Assembly (NCBI GenBank): GCA_964545335.1
Contig: CAZJFQ010000004.1
Span: 5,306 to 69,305 of the forward strand
DNA: 64,000 nt
Direction of reading: 5' to 3'
From: an uncultured Gammaproteobacteria bacterium
GTDB taxonomy: Bacteria > Pseudomonadota > Gammaproteobacteria > Steroidobacterales > CAZJFQ01
How positions within the stretch are numbered: position 1 is the first letter of the stretch; the number at the start of each line of letters is the position of its first letter. A program made the position numbers and the translations under genes. Under the pieces are notes generated by a model, which saw only the letters and a program-made list of their open reading frames with translations, did not search any database and had not been told where the DNA came from. Positions 10,825 through 20,732 of this stretch are shown one piece after another.

Positions 10825-10883
10825 GCGCTAGGCGCTAGGCACTAGGCTCAGGCCCAAAGCCTCAAGCCTCAGGTCTCAGGACT
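10821..10883. repeat. Degenerate 7-bp tandem repeat (about 9 units) in the sdhA-sdhB spacer
   Basis: Read directly as CTAGGCG CTAGGCG CTAGGCA CTAGGCT CAGGCCC AAAGCCT CAAGCCT CAGGTCT CAGGACT. Confidence 0.8.
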
Positions 10884-10890
10884 ACAAGAC

Positions 10891-11673
10891 ATGGCTCAGT
10901 TTCGATTACCCCCGAACTCGAGGATACAGCGAGGCCGTCATTTTGCAGCGGCGGATGGCACGGCCAACGCGCGGCAATTCTCGGTTTATCGCTGGGATCC
11001 GGACAGCGGCGAGAAACCCCGCATGGATACCTACGATGTCGACATGGACACGTGTGGGCCCATGGTGCTTGACGCGCTTATCAAGATAAAAGATGAGATG
11101 GACTCGACATTGACGTTCCGGCGCTCGTGCCGCGAAGGAATCTGCGGTTCCTGCGCGATGAATATCGGTGGCGAGAATACGCTGGCCTGCATCGTGGCGT
11201 GCTCCGATTACAAGAGCGCCGTCAAAGTATATCCACTGCCGCACATGCCGGTCGTCAAGGATCTCGTCCCCGACCTGACGGGTTTTTACGCGCAGTATGC
11301 ATCCATCGAACCGTGGCTTAAAACCGGTACACCGGCCCCGCCGGACCGGGAACGACTGCAGTCAAAAACGGATCAGGAAAAGATCGATGAACCGTCAGCG
11401 TGCATTCTGTGTGCCTGCTGTTCGACGGCATGCCCAAGTTACTGGTGGAACCCCGATCGGTATCTTGGTCCGGCGACACTGCTGGCGGCCTATCGATGGA
11501 TCATCGATAGCCGGGACGACGCCACCGGCGAGCGACTGGATGCCCTCGCAGATCCGTTTCGTTTGTACCGCTGCCACACGATTTTGAATTGCACCAAGAC
11601 CTGCCCGAAGCACCTGAACCCGGCACTGGCCATTGCCGAAATCAAGAAGATGATCGCGCAAAAGCGCCATTGA
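10891..11673 (+). CDS. sdhB: Succinate dehydrogenase iron-sulfur subunit
   Basis: 260 aa with three Cys clusters ([12 protein letters not shown]; [12 protein letters not shown]; [12 protein letters not shown]). Confidence 0.97.
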   Translation: MAQFRLPPNSRIQRGRHFAAADGTANARQFSVYRWDPDSGEKPRMDTYDVDMDTCGPMVLDALIKIKDEMDSTLTFRRSCREGICGSCAMNIGGENTLACIVACSDYKSAVKVYPLPHMPVVKDLVPDLTGFYAQYASIEPWLKTGTPAPPDRERLQSKTDQEKIDEPSACILCACCSTACPSYWWNPDRYLGPATLLAAYRWIIDSRDDATGERLDALADPFRLYRCHTILNCTKTCPKHLNPALAIAEIKKMIAQKRH

Positions 11674-11680
11674 CAATGCT

Positions 11681-11944
11681 ATGACGGATCGCGTGAAATT
11701 TGCAAAGTTGTCGTGGCGTTGTCGCCGTGGCATGCGCGAGCTGGATTTCCTGCTGCAGCGGTACCTGACGGAGTATTACTCGAGGGCTACCCGGGACGAA
11801 CAGGCCGCGTTCAACCGGCTGTTGTGTCTGCAGGACCCCGTTATCCTCAGTTACGTCATGCGGCGCGAAAAGCCCGAGGATCTTAATCTAATAAGTGTCA
11901 TCAACCAGATCAGCTCCGCCGCTCGTCATCGAACCATGTCCTGA
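11681..11944 (+). CDS. sdhE: FAD assembly factor SdhE (YgfY/CptB, SDHAF2 family)
   Basis: 87 aa. WRCRRGMRELD carries the RGxxE motif. It lies directly after sdhB. Confidence 0.85.
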   Translation: MTDRVKFAKLSWRCRRGMRELDFLLQRYLTEYYSRATRDEQAAFNRLLCLQDPVILSYVMRREKPEDLNLISVINQISSAARHRTMS

Positions 11945-12338
11945 TCCGGTCGTTGCGCTCTGGATTGTCGGCATACACTGCGCTGGCGCCGGAACGCTCT
12001 GGCTGGTGCCTCTGCCGCCGGTGATCCACATCGCGCTGTTGGTTGCCTGTCTCTGGGGCGGTCAACGTGCGCTCGATCAACACGTGTTCCGCCGCGGTCC
12101 CGAAGCTTTTGTACGTTTGGTATGGGGTCAGACCGGGGATTGGACAATTACGGATCGTGCCGGTCGACGACACCGGGTGCGTCTGGTCGAAGCAGTCTGT
12201 CGGCAATGGCTGATTCTGCTGCGATTCCGCACCCCGCAGGGCCGCAGCCGGCACCTGGTCCTGGGGCCGCATTCTCTGCCCGGATCCGTGCGCCGGCGAC
12301 TTCTGGTTCGCGCGCGCCTGCTGCGATTTGTTGCATAG
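11895..12338 (+). CDS. ygfX: YgfX/CptA-like inner-membrane protein (DUF1434)
   Basis: 147-aa ORF overlapping the sdhE 3' end. It has two N-terminal TM helices and an Arg-rich C-terminal half laid out like E. coli YgfX. The sdhE-ygfX order is conserved. The start codon is uncertain. Confidence 0.55.
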   Translation: MSSTRSAPPLVIEPCPDPVVALWIVGIHCAGAGTLWLVPLPPVIHIALLVACLWGGQRALDQHVFRRGPEAFVRLVWGQTGDWTITDRAGRRHRVRLVEAVCRQWLILLRFRTPQGRSRHLVLGPHSLPGSVRRRLLVRARLLRFVA

Positions 12339-12416
12339 CACAACGAACCGACCCGCTGGTAGAATAGCCGGTCGTGATGAACGGACAAAAAGTGAACCCG
12401 ATCACGATCCGGAGGC

Positions 12417-12447
12417 GAACTTTAGTACCGGCAGCCGGTCTATCTGA
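12417..12447 (+). promoter_or_regulatory. Candidate sigma-E (RpoE/AlgU)-dependent autoregulatory promoter
   Basis: GAACTT (12417-12422), then 16 nt, then TCTAT (12439-12443) overlapping TCTGA (12443-12447). It lies about 45 nt upstream of the rpoE ATG. The consensus I recall is GAACTT-N16/17-TCTGA. Confidence 0.45.
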
Positions 12448-12488
12448 GTGGCGTTTGGATATGCCCCTGGAGCCGGGGGGCTGCCCGT

Positions 12489-13067
12489 ATGGGCAACAAA
12501 ACTAGTGACCAGTTGCTGGTCAAACGGGTCCAGCAGGGAGACAAATCGGCGTTTGATGTGCTGGTACTCAAATATCAGCACAAGATTGTCAAACTTGTAA
12601 TGCGCTACGTGCGGGATCCCAACGAAGCCCTGGACGTGGCCCAGGAAGCATTTCTAAAAGCCTACCGGGCGTTACCGGCCTTCAGGGGTGAAAGCGCGTT
12701 TTATACCTGGCTGTACAGGATCGCGATCAACACCTCGAAGAATTATCTGGTAGCTGGTAGCAGACGACCGCTGGAGTACGATCTGGATCCGCAGGACCCA
12801 GAACAGTACAACACCCATGCCCGGCTGAAGGAAGTTGATACGCCTGAGGGGCTGATGCTTTCCGCAGAAATACAGGATACGGTTAACAAAGCGATCGAGC
12901 AGTTGCCGGAAGATTTGCGTACAGCCATTATTCTGCGCGAAATGGATGGCATGAGTTATGAAGAGATCGCACAAACCATGGAATGCCCCGTCGGGACTGT
13001 GCGCTCGAGGATTTTCAGGGCCCGCGAGGCCATTGATAAGCGGCTGAAGCCGCTTTTGACGGAATGA
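12489..13067 (+). CDS. rpoE: ECF RNA polymerase sigma factor RpoE/AlgU
   Basis: 192 aa. Begins DQLLVKRVQQGDKSAFDVLVLKYQHKI, with sigma-70 regions 2 and 4 (YEEIAQTMECPVGTVRSRIFRAREAI). Confidence 0.95.
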   Translation: MGNKTSDQLLVKRVQQGDKSAFDVLVLKYQHKIVKLVMRYVRDPNEALDVAQEAFLKAYRALPAFRGESAFYTWLYRIAINTSKNYLVAGSRRPLEYDLDPQDPEQYNTHARLKEVDTPEGLMLSAEIQDTVNKAIEQLPEDLRTAIILREMDGMSYEEIAQTMECPVGTVRSRIFRAREAIDKRLKPLLTE

Positions 13068-13077
13068 GGACATCGAA

Positions 13078-13668
13078 ATGACTGACAAGCTCAGGGAGCA
13101 GGTGTCAGCACTGGTTGACAACGAGCTTGATGCAGGCCAAACCGATCTTCTGCTGAGGCGGATTGGCGCTGACCCGGACCTGCGCGGTACCGTTGAGCGG
13201 TATGTCCTGATGGGTGAGACAATCCGTGATGCACTGGCGCCGGCACGGATGGGCGAGTTTGCGGACCAAGTGATGGCAAAGATTGGAAAAGGCGCCGATT
13301 CAGGACGCGTCACAGTGCCGAGCCATACATTTGCTATGGTCGCCAAGGCTGCCGGGGGATTTGCCGTGGCCGCGACGGTAGCGACCATCGCGATTTTGAG
13401 TTTGCAGGGCGAGCCGGAACCGACAACGCTTACGTATCAGCCGGAAGGTGGTGTTGAGATCGTTCCGCCGCCGCCCTCGGAACGGCCCGATGCCGCTCAG
13501 ATGCGATTAACCGCATACCTTCTTTCGCACAGTGAATACTCCACATCGATGGGGCCAAAGGGTATGCTGACGCGGATCGTCAGCCACGCGGACTTTGACG
13601 TTCCGAACGAAGACGTGGAGGACGAAATGGAACAGGACGACCAGGCGACGGAGCAACAGCAGCAATGA
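13078..13668 (+). CDS. rseA: Anti-sigma-E factor RseA/MucA
   Basis: 196 aa. N-terminal LSALVDNELD motif, a central TM helix, and an acidic C-terminus. Operon position fits. Confidence 0.8.
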   Translation: MTDKLREQVSALVDNELDAGQTDLLLRRIGADPDLRGTVERYVLMGETIRDALAPARMGEFADQVMAKIGKGADSGRVTVPSHTFAMVAKAAGGFAVAATVATIAILSLQGEPEPTTLTYQPEGGVEIVPPPPSERPDAAQMRLTAYLLSHSEYSTSMGPKGMLTRIVSHADFDVPNEDVEDEMEQDDQATEQQQQ

Positions 13669-14654
13669 CGCGGGCCCGAGAGAAACTAACCGCGGCGTGT
13701 CTGTGTTTTGCCGTCGCACTACCGGCCTTTGCGCAAGGCGATGCCCGGATGTGGCTGGATCGCATGGAGAATGCAGTCGAGTATCTCAACTACAAGGGCG
13801 TCTTTGTCCACATACACGGAGGCCGCTCCGAATCGATGCAGATCGTGCACCGGGCTGAGGGCGAAGTCATAACAGAACGCCTTCACTCGCTGGATGGACC
13901 GAAACGCGAGATTATCCGGGTAGACAACACGGTCAAATGCATACTGCCCGACAAACAGTCCGTGCTGGTTGAACGATTGCAGGGCAAAACTGCTCTGCAG
14001 GCACGCTTGCCCACCTACACCACTCAACTCGATGAGACTTACAGTTTCCGGCTGAAACGGGAGCGGGGCAAGGTCGCCGGTCGCAGAACCCGCATCATTT
14101 ACATCGAGCCAAAAGACCGTTACCGCTACGGCTATCGTCTCGGTCTGGATGAAGAAACCGCGATGCCACTGAAAGCCCAGGTCATGTCCGCCGACAATGA
14201 AATTATCGAGCAGATCTGGTTTGTAAGCATCACACTGCACGACAGTATTCCCGACGCCGAATTTGAGGCTGTTACCGACCACGGTGATTTTGTCTGGTAT
14301 CAGCAAGACCCGAAAAGTCGGGCGCTCGAGAAAGATCATACGACGCTGTGGCGTGCCGCCCGCTTGCCAATAGGTTTTGTTTTGACTGAATCCAAGACCA
14401 GGATGATGGCGGGCTCCGATGAGCCGGTCGAGCATCTGGTTTATTCGGACGGACTCGCAGTCGTTTCAGTATTCGTAGAAATGCGCAGCGGCGGAGTTGA
14501 CGATATGGGTGGCTGGTCACGAATGGGCGCGGCCAATGTTTTTGCGACGCGACGTGACCTGCATCTCGTAACGGCTGTCGGCGAGGTACCGGCTACGACC
14601 GTCGAATACATCGCTGAATCGGTTCAGCCGACAACACTGGGCGCCATGCGATGA
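13665..14654 (+). CDS. rseB: Sigma-E regulatory protein RseB/MucB
   Basis: 329 aa with a signal peptide. Contains MucB/RseB-like YKGVFVH and follows rseA. Confidence 0.85.
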   Translation: MTRAREKLTAACLCFAVALPAFAQGDARMWLDRMENAVEYLNYKGVFVHIHGGRSESMQIVHRAEGEVITERLHSLDGPKREIIRVDNTVKCILPDKQSVLVERLQGKTALQARLPTYTTQLDETYSFRLKRERGKVAGRRTRIIYIEPKDRYRYGYRLGLDEETAMPLKAQVMSADNEIIEQIWFVSITLHDSIPDAEFEAVTDHGDFVWYQQDPKSRALEKDHTTLWRAARLPIGFVLTESKTRMMAGSDEPVEHLVYSDGLAVVSVFVEMRSGGVDDMGGWSRMGAANVFATRRDLHLVTAVGEVPATTVEYIAESVQPTTLGAMR

Positions 14655-15097
14655 TCACTGAAAGTGCCCTGGTCGTACGGCGCTCCGACCGCTTCGCCTT
14701 TGTACGCAGTGAAAGCCAGCATTTTTGTAAGCGTTGTGCCGAAGGTCGCGGCTGCGGCTCGCAACTGGGAGGCTTCATATTGAAGAACCGGCTGCACGAA
14801 GTAAGAGCGCTTGTTTGCGATCCAACCGTAAGGCCGGGAGACAGGGTATTGCTTGGATTGTCAGGTGATACGTTGCTCAAAACGGCGCTGCTGGTCTATG
14901 GCTTGCCGCTGGTATTCCTTTTTGCTGGTGCGCTGGCTGGCGCCGGCGGCGGCGAGGCGGGCGCCATGATCGGCGCGCTGGCGGGGCTAAGCACCGGGTT
15001 GCTGACAGTAAGGCTGTTAAGCAGGCGTCTGGCGACAAACGACCGCTGGCAGCCGGTGATCCTGCGGCGGCTGGACAAGCACGCGCCGACCCGCTGA
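14651..15097 (+). CDS. rseC: RseC/MucC family protein
   Basis: 148 aa. N-terminal Cys motif CKRCAEGRGCG plus two C-terminal TM helices. Confidence 0.8.
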   Translation: MITESALVVRRSDRFAFVRSESQHFCKRCAEGRGCGSQLGGFILKNRLHEVRALVCDPTVRPGDRVLLGLSGDTLLKTALLVYGLPLVFLFAGALAGAGGGEAGAMIGALAGLSTGLLTVRLLSRRLATNDRWQPVILRRLDKHAPTR

Positions 15098-15109
15098 AGT
15101 CAATCCCGC

Positions 15110-15355
15110 ATGAATTTCACGGTCTATACCCGGCCGGACTGTCCTCTCTGCGACCGGCTCCTCGCCGAACTCCGGTTTTTGTGTCGGGACCGGACGATTA
15201 CCATCCGGGTCGTCGATGTTGATCAGGATGTTGCACTTCAGCGTCGACATCACGAGCGCGTGCCGGTACTTCTGGCGGACGGAGAAGAGCTGTGTCATCA
15301 CCGCCTGGATCCATCCGCCGTTCGCCGCCGACTGGCGGCATGTCATGGAAAGTGA
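15110..15355 (+). CDS. Glutaredoxin-like protein (DUF836 type)
   Basis: 81 aa. Begins FTVYTRPDCPLCD, a CxxC motif in a thioredoxin-fold context. Confidence 0.7.
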   Translation: MNFTVYTRPDCPLCDRLLAELRFLCRDRTITIRVVDVDQDVALQRRHHERVPVLLADGEELCHHRLDPSAVRRRLAACHGK

Positions 15356-15414
15356 GCGGTTATAATCCGTTCGCGGCCAGGCGGGAATCTGACGCCTGAC
15401 TGTCACCGTGCTGC

Positions 15415-17208
15415 ATGGAACGTATACGCAACTTTTCGATCATCGCGCACATTGATCACGGCAAGTCGACGCTTGCCGATCGATTTATTCAGATTTGCGG
15501 TGGTTTGACAGAACGCGAAATGGCTGCGCAGGTTCTCGACTCGATGGAACTTGAACGCGAGCGTGGGATAACCATCAAGGCTCAGAGTGTCTCGCTGGAT
15601 TACACGGCTACCGACGGCACAACCTGCCAGCTGAATCTGATCGATACACCCGGTCACGTGGATTTTTCCTATGAAGTTTCCCGATCTCTGTCGGCCTGCG
15701 AGGGCGCGCTGCTGGTTGTCGATGCAGCCCAGGGCGTGGAAGCACAGACTGTCGCAAATTGTAATACGGCGCTTGAGCAGGGACTGGAAGTGGTGCCGGT
15801 GCTGAACAAAATGGATCTGCCGTCCGCGGACCCGGATCGCGTTATCGGCGAGATCGAGGAAATCATCGGTATTGAGGCCCGCGATGCCCTATGCGTGAGC
15901 GCCAAGACAGGTGAAGGGGTGCGCAAACTTCTGGATCGCCTCGTGGCTCGAATTCCACCGCCAGTCGGCGACCCGGGCGGCGCACTGCAGGCTCTCATTA
16001 CGGATTCCTGGTTTGATAACTATGTCGGCGTCGTTTCTCTGGTTCGGGTAGTCAACGGGGCGGTCCATCGTGGCGACAAAATCCGGGTTGTATCTACCGG
16101 CCGCGACTATGTCGTCGGCCGGGTCGGTTGCTTTACGCCGAAATCCCGGGATCGGGAGTTCCTGGCTACGGGGGAAGTCGGTTTTGTGATTGCCGGCATA
16201 AAGGATATTCACGGGGCACCGGTAGGTGACACGCTCACAGACGACAGGAATCCCTGCCTTGCACCGCTACCGGGTTTCGAAGCGGTGCAGCCGCGGGTTT
16301 TCTCCGGTCTTTTTCCGGTCGATTCTGACGACTATGGCAAGCTTCGTGAGGCGCTGCAGAAGCTTAGATTGAACGATTCGTCAGTCCAATTCGAACCGGA
16401 GACATCGGTGGCGCTTGGATTCGGTTTCCGATGCGGGTTTTTGGGCACGTTGCACATGGAGATCGTCCAGGAACGTCTCGAACGTGAATATGACCTGGAG
16501 TTGATATCAACGGCACCGACTGTCGTCTATGAGGTAGTCCGGACGGATGGGGCAGTCGTGTTAGTTGACAATCCTGCCAGGTTGCCGGCTCCGGGTCTTG
16601 TCGCGGAAATTCGTGAGCCCGTGATCGCGGCGAGCATTCTGGTTCCGCAGGAACACCTGGGCGGAGTTATCAGGTTATGCGTCGAGAAACGTGGTGTTCA
16701 GAGACGCATGCAGTATCTCGGGCAGCAGGTATCGCTTGAATACGAACTACCTTTGGCCGAAGTCGTTGTGGATTTCTTTGACCGGCTCAAGTCGGTGAGC
16801 CGTGGTTACGCGTCCTTTGACTATGTATTTCGCCGCTTCCAGCCAGCGGATCTGGTAAAGCTGGATGTCCTGATCAACAAGGAAAAAGTGGACGCGCTGT
16901 CGGTAATCGTGTACCGCGAAAACGCAGATCGACGGGGGCGCGAACTCGTCGATGCCATGCGGAATTTGATACCCAGACAAATGTTCGATGTTGCCATCCA
17001 GGCGGCGATCGGCGGTCGCATCATCGCCAGATCAACCGTCAAGCAACTTCGGAAAAACGTCACCGCGAAATGTTACGGAGGGGATATTTCGCGCAAGCGC
17101 AAACTGCTGGAAAAGCAAAAGGCCGGTAAGCGCCGAATGAAGCAGGTCGGATCGGTAGAGATCCCCCAGGAAGCATTTCTGGCGGTGTTGCAGGCCGGTA
17201 AAAAATGA
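15415..17208 (+). CDS. lepA: Elongation factor 4 (LepA)
   Basis: 597 aa. Contains [28 protein letters not shown] and NKMD. Confidence 0.97.
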   Translation: MERIRNFSIIAHIDHGKSTLADRFIQICGGLTEREMAAQVLDSMELERERGITIKAQSVSLDYTATDGTTCQLNLIDTPGHVDFSYEVSRSLSACEGALLVVDAAQGVEAQTVANCNTALEQGLEVVPVLNKMDLPSADPDRVIGEIEEIIGIEARDALCVSAKTGEGVRKLLDRLVARIPPPVGDPGGALQALITDSWFDNYVGVVSLVRVVNGAVHRGDKIRVVSTGRDYVVGRVGCFTPKSRDREFLATGEVGFVIAGIKDIHGAPVGDTLTDDRNPCLAPLPGFEAVQPRVFSGLFPVDSDDYGKLREALQKLRLNDSSVQFEPETSVALGFGFRCGFLGTLHMEIVQERLEREYDLELISTAPTVVYEVVRTDGAVVLVDNPARLPAPGLVAEIREPVIAASILVPQEHLGGVIRLCVEKRGVQRRMQYLGQQVSLEYELPLAEVVVDFFDRLKSVSRGYASFDYVFRRFQPADLVKLDVLINKEKVDALSVIVYRENADRRGRELVDAMRNLIPRQMFDVAIQAAIGGRIIARSTVKQLRKNVTAKCYGGDISRKRKLLEKQKAGKRRMKQVGSVEIPQEAFLAVLQAGKK

Positions 17209-17245
17209 CGAATACTGCCGATCGCCGCGATTGAGGCATTGTTGT

Positions 17246-18037
17246 ATGGGTTTTGACTTCGCACTTGTACTTGTTATTGCTGCCGTCGTAACGGGCGTCA
17301 CTTGGGCTGTCGATGCCTGGTATTTTCGGCCGGAACGGGAGCGGCTCGCGGCCATGGGTGCCTCAGGACAGGCGCCGGCGTCTGTCAATGAGCCGTTGCT
17401 GGTAGAGTATTCGCGCTCTTTCTTCCCGATCATCCTTCTGGTGTTGCTGGTGCGCTCGTTCTTGTATGAGCCCTTCAGAATCCCGTCCGATTCCATGATG
17501 CCGACCCTTCTGGACGGCGATTTCATTTTTGTGAACAAGTACGTATATGGACTCAGGTTGCCTGTGGTAAATACCAAGGTATTGCCAATGGGCGCGCCCG
17601 AGCGGGGTGATGTCGTGGTATTCAGGCTGCCCAGTGACCCGAGCACGAATTTCATCAAGCGTATCGTCGGGTTGCCGGGTGACAAGGTGAGCTTCGATCA
17701 GAAACAGCTCCTGATCAACGGCCAGCCGGTGGCCCGGGATTGCAGCAGTATATTTGTATATCCAGGGCATGAAAATGCACGGATGTGCGTGGAGTCTTTG
17801 GGTGAAATCAGGCACAAGATTATCCATCTGCCTCACGCCAGACCACGAAATGTAAGAGATGAATTCGTTGTGCCCGATGATCACTACTTTGTCATGGGTG
17901 ATAACCGAGACAACAGCAAAGATAGCCGCTTTCCGGAAGTCGGATTTATTCCTGAAACGCATCTTGTCGGTGAGGCGGTGAGGATCTGGATGAATCTTGA
18001 TTGGCAATGGAACCGGATTGGCAGCAAAATCGAATGA
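17246..18037 (+). CDS. lepB: Signal peptidase I
   Basis: Start at ATG 17246 (MGFDFALVLVIAAVVTGV, as in E. coli LepB). Catalytic IPSDSMMPTL and GDNRDNSKDSR are present. Confidence 0.93.
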   Translation: MGFDFALVLVIAAVVTGVTWAVDAWYFRPERERLAAMGASGQAPASVNEPLLVEYSRSFFPIILLVLLVRSFLYEPFRIPSDSMMPTLLDGDFIFVNKYVYGLRLPVVNTKVLPMGAPERGDVVVFRLPSDPSTNFIKRIVGLPGDKVSFDQKQLLINGQPVARDCSSIFVYPGHENARMCVESLGEIRHKIIHLPHARPRNVRDEFVVPDDHYFVMGDNRDNSKDSRFPEVGFIPETHLVGEAVRIWMNLDWQWNRIGSKIE

Positions 18038-18051
18038 CACAGAGGTGCCTC

Positions 18052-18417
18052 ATGAACAGCAGGCAACAGGGAATGACAGTCATTGGTGCATTGACCCTCG
18101 CTATTCTTGTTGGTGCATTTGTCTTTGCGGGTATCAAACTGACGCCCGTTTATCTCGAGTATATGAAAGTAGTTTCAGTACTCCAGGGCGTAAAAGACGA
18201 GATGGACGGCGCGAACCCGACACCAATGGCGATCAAAAATTCCATTGAAAAAAGACTGTATGTTGAGGGTGTAAAGGCTATTAAATTGCGTGATTTTTCG
18301 ATTCGCAGAGACAGCGCGAACTATGTAGTTCGGGCACAATATGATGATACGGCGACGTATATCGGGAACGTGTCCTTTCTGATCGTATTCAACAAGAGTG
18401 TAGAGATTATCCGTTGA
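18052..18417 (+). CDS. DUF4845-domain membrane protein
   Basis: About 121 aa from ATG 18052. N-terminal QQGMTVIGALTLAILVGAFVFAGIKLTPVYLEYMKV is the typical lepB-rnc intergenic gene of many gammaproteobacteria. Confidence 0.65.
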   Translation: MNSRQQGMTVIGALTLAILVGAFVFAGIKLTPVYLEYMKVVSVLQGVKDEMDGANPTPMAIKNSIEKRLYVEGVKAIKLRDFSIRRDSANYVVRAQYDDTATYIGNVSFLIVFNKSVEIIR

Positions 18418-19085
18418 AGCACTCGGACGAGTGGCTCAAAGAACATTTCGGCTACCGTTTCAAAAACAAGGAACTGCTCGAGGCGGCCCTGACGCATCGC
18501 AGCGCTGATCGCCGACACAACGAGCGTCTTGAATTTCTCGGCGATTCGGTACTCAGCGCTGTCATATCCGATGTACTTTTTCAAGCTGTGCCGGATGCTA
18601 CCGAGGGCGAACTGAGCAGAATTCGCGCCAGCCTGGTCAATGGTCAGACACTTGGCGAAATTGCATCAGGCCTCGCGCTGGGCGTCCACCTGAACCTTGG
18701 TAGCGGGGAGTTGAAATCCGGCGGATTCCGCAGGCCGTCCATACTGGCGGATGCACTCGAAGCGGTGCTTGGTGCTATTTATCTTGACGGTGGTTATGAC
18801 GCGGCCGCGGCGAGTATTCACCGTATCTTCTGTCACCGACTCGACCGCCTGCCGTCCGGTGACGATCTGAAGGATCCCAAGACCCGCCTTCAGGAATATC
18901 TGCAGGCACGTGGTCAGGCATTGCCAAATTATTCTGTTCTGGCAACGCGGGGCGAGCCCCACGATCGGACCTTTTCGGTGGTCTGTGAGGCGGACGAATA
19001 TTCGGCCAACGGCGTCGGCAAAAGCCGGCGGCAGGCAGAACAGGATGCGGCACGCTGCCTGCTGGAACAACTGGAGAATGTCTGA
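18414..19085 (+). CDS. rnc: Ribonuclease III
   Basis: 223 aa. ALTHRSA...NERLEFLGDSVL signature plus a dsRBD at the C-terminus. Confidence 0.95.
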   Translation: MKHSDEWLKEHFGYRFKNKELLEAALTHRSADRRHNERLEFLGDSVLSAVISDVLFQAVPDATEGELSRIRASLVNGQTLGEIASGLALGVHLNLGSGELKSGGFRRPSILADALEAVLGAIYLDGGYDAAAASIHRIFCHRLDRLPSGDDLKDPKTRLQEYLQARGQALPNYSVLATRGEPHDRTFSVVCEADEYSANGVGKSRRQAEQDAARCLLEQLENV

Positions 19086-19977
19086 AAACAGTTATCACTG
19101 CGGGTTTGCCGCCATAGTCGGGCGCGCAAACGTTGGCAAGTCGACCCTGCTAAACAGCCTGCTGCGACAAAAGGTTTCGATCGTAACCGCAAAGCCCCAG
19201 ACCACGCGGCATCGAATCCTCGGCATCAGTACGTTACCGGATTCCCAGGTGGTTTTTGTCGATACACCGGGCATGCACGATCCCGGAGGTCGAGCGATGA
19301 ACCGGGCCATGAATCGGTTGGCCCGACAGTCGCTTGTTGACGCCGATCTGGTCCTCTTCGTAATCGAAGCACTTCGGTGGAGTGACCAGGAAGATACTAT
19401 TCTCCGCGAGATTTTGGCGGCCTCCCGTCCTGTCATTCTGGTCGTGAATAAGGTCGATCGGGTCAGGCCGCGGGATAAACTTCTGCCATTTATCGACGAT
19501 ATGGCAGCAAAAGCGGAGTTTGAAGCGATCGTGCCGGTTTCTGCGCTAAAGGATCCTGATCTGGGTCAGCTACGCCGACTGGCTTCGGAGTCCTTGCCTG
19601 TAGCACCTCCGTGTTTCCCGGCCGAGCAGATTACCGATCGGAGTGATGCCTTTCGCGCAGCCGAGGTTATTCGCGAAAAACTCACCGCCGCGCTCCATCA
19701 GGAACTGCCCTACGGACTTGCCGTCGAAATCGAAAAGTTTGAACCCGCCGGACGGGGTATCCACATGTCGGCAGTGATATGGGTAGAACGCTCCGGACAA
19801 AAAGCGATCGTGATCGGGAAAAGCGGTAACCTTCTCAAGCGCATCGGTCGCGAAGCGCGTCTGGAGCTCAAGGCGCGCATGGTTTGTCCGGTTCATATCG
19901 ACCTCTGGGTCAAGGTTAAGAAAAACTGGTCTGACAGCGAGCGCTCGTTGCGCGAGCTTGGTTACGAACTGCAGTGA
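19078..19977 (+). CDS. era: GTPase Era
   Basis: 299 aa from ATG 19078, overlapping the rnc stop. Contains GRANVGKSTLLN and DTPG, with a KH domain at the C-terminus. Confidence 0.95.
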   Translation: MSENSYHCGFAAIVGRANVGKSTLLNSLLRQKVSIVTAKPQTTRHRILGISTLPDSQVVFVDTPGMHDPGGRAMNRAMNRLARQSLVDADLVLFVIEALRWSDQEDTILREILAASRPVILVVNKVDRVRPRDKLLPFIDDMAAKAEFEAIVPVSALKDPDLGQLRRLASESLPVAPPCFPAEQITDRSDAFRAAEVIREKLTAALHQELPYGLAVEIEKFEPAGRGIHMSAVIWVERSGQKAIVIGKSGNLLKRIGREARLELKARMVCPVHIDLWVKVKKNWSDSERSLRELGYELQ

Positions 19978-20693
19978 CTTCCCGTCTGAAAGCCGATCTG
20001 GAGCCGGCATTCCTGCTGCACAGCCGTCCGTATCTTGAAAGCAGCGTGATTGCCGACTTCTTCACCCGCGGCCATGGGCGGCTCTCACTCGTCGCCAAGG
20101 GCGCACGACGACCCGTGTCCAAACTACGCGGAATCCTGCAGCCTTTCTGCCGCTTGTGCATTTCCTTCACCCAGCGATCCGATCTGGGCACTTTGACCGG
20201 TGCCGACGCCGACGACCGACCGGTCAATCTTGGCGGTGACGGATTGATGGGAGCGTTTTATCTGAACGAACTCCTGATTCGGTTACTGCACCGCAATGAC
20301 GCGCAGACCGCACTGTTTGCAGTCTATCAACAGGCGCTGAAGGATCTGGCCGAAATAAGCCCGGTAGCGCCGGTGCTGCGGGTGTTTGAGAAGCAGCTTC
20401 TCGAGCTGCTCGGTTATGGTCTGGAACTGCGCAAGGAGGTAACCGGCGACCAGGCAATCGAGCCGGATCTGACCTACGAGTACCGGCTGGAAGAGGGTCC
20501 TGTAAGAACTGACGACGGTTGTACCAGTGGCCTGGTATTTTCCGGCAGCTCATTGATCGCCCTCGCTCGGGAGGATCTGTCCGAAAGCAAGAGTCAGCAT
20601 GATGCACGTCGGCTCCTCACCGCTGCACTGGAACTCTACCTGGGTGACAGGCCGCTTCGTACGAGAAAAGTAATGCGGGACCTGCGGCGCTGA
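19974..20693 (+). CDS. recO: DNA repair protein RecO
   Basis: 239 aa. AFLLHSRPYLESS is a typical N-terminus. Position after era fits. Confidence 0.9.
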   Translation: MTSRLKADLEPAFLLHSRPYLESSVIADFFTRGHGRLSLVAKGARRPVSKLRGILQPFCRLCISFTQRSDLGTLTGADADDRPVNLGGDGLMGAFYLNELLIRLLHRNDAQTALFAVYQQALKDLAEISPVAPVLRVFEKQLLELLGYGLELRKEVTGDQAIEPDLTYEYRLEEGPVRTDDGCTSGLVFSGSSLIALAREDLSESKSQHDARRLLTAALELYLGDRPLRTRKVMRDLRR

Positions 20694-20732
20694 GCTAGAG
20701 TAGCTTTTTCTCTTGATGAAGGTACTAAGCTG

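Noticed and set aside
12672-14435. Two 238-aa ORFs antisense to rpoE/rseA and rseB
   Set aside because: They lie opposite strongly supported genes of the sigma-E operon and have no recognisable motifs.
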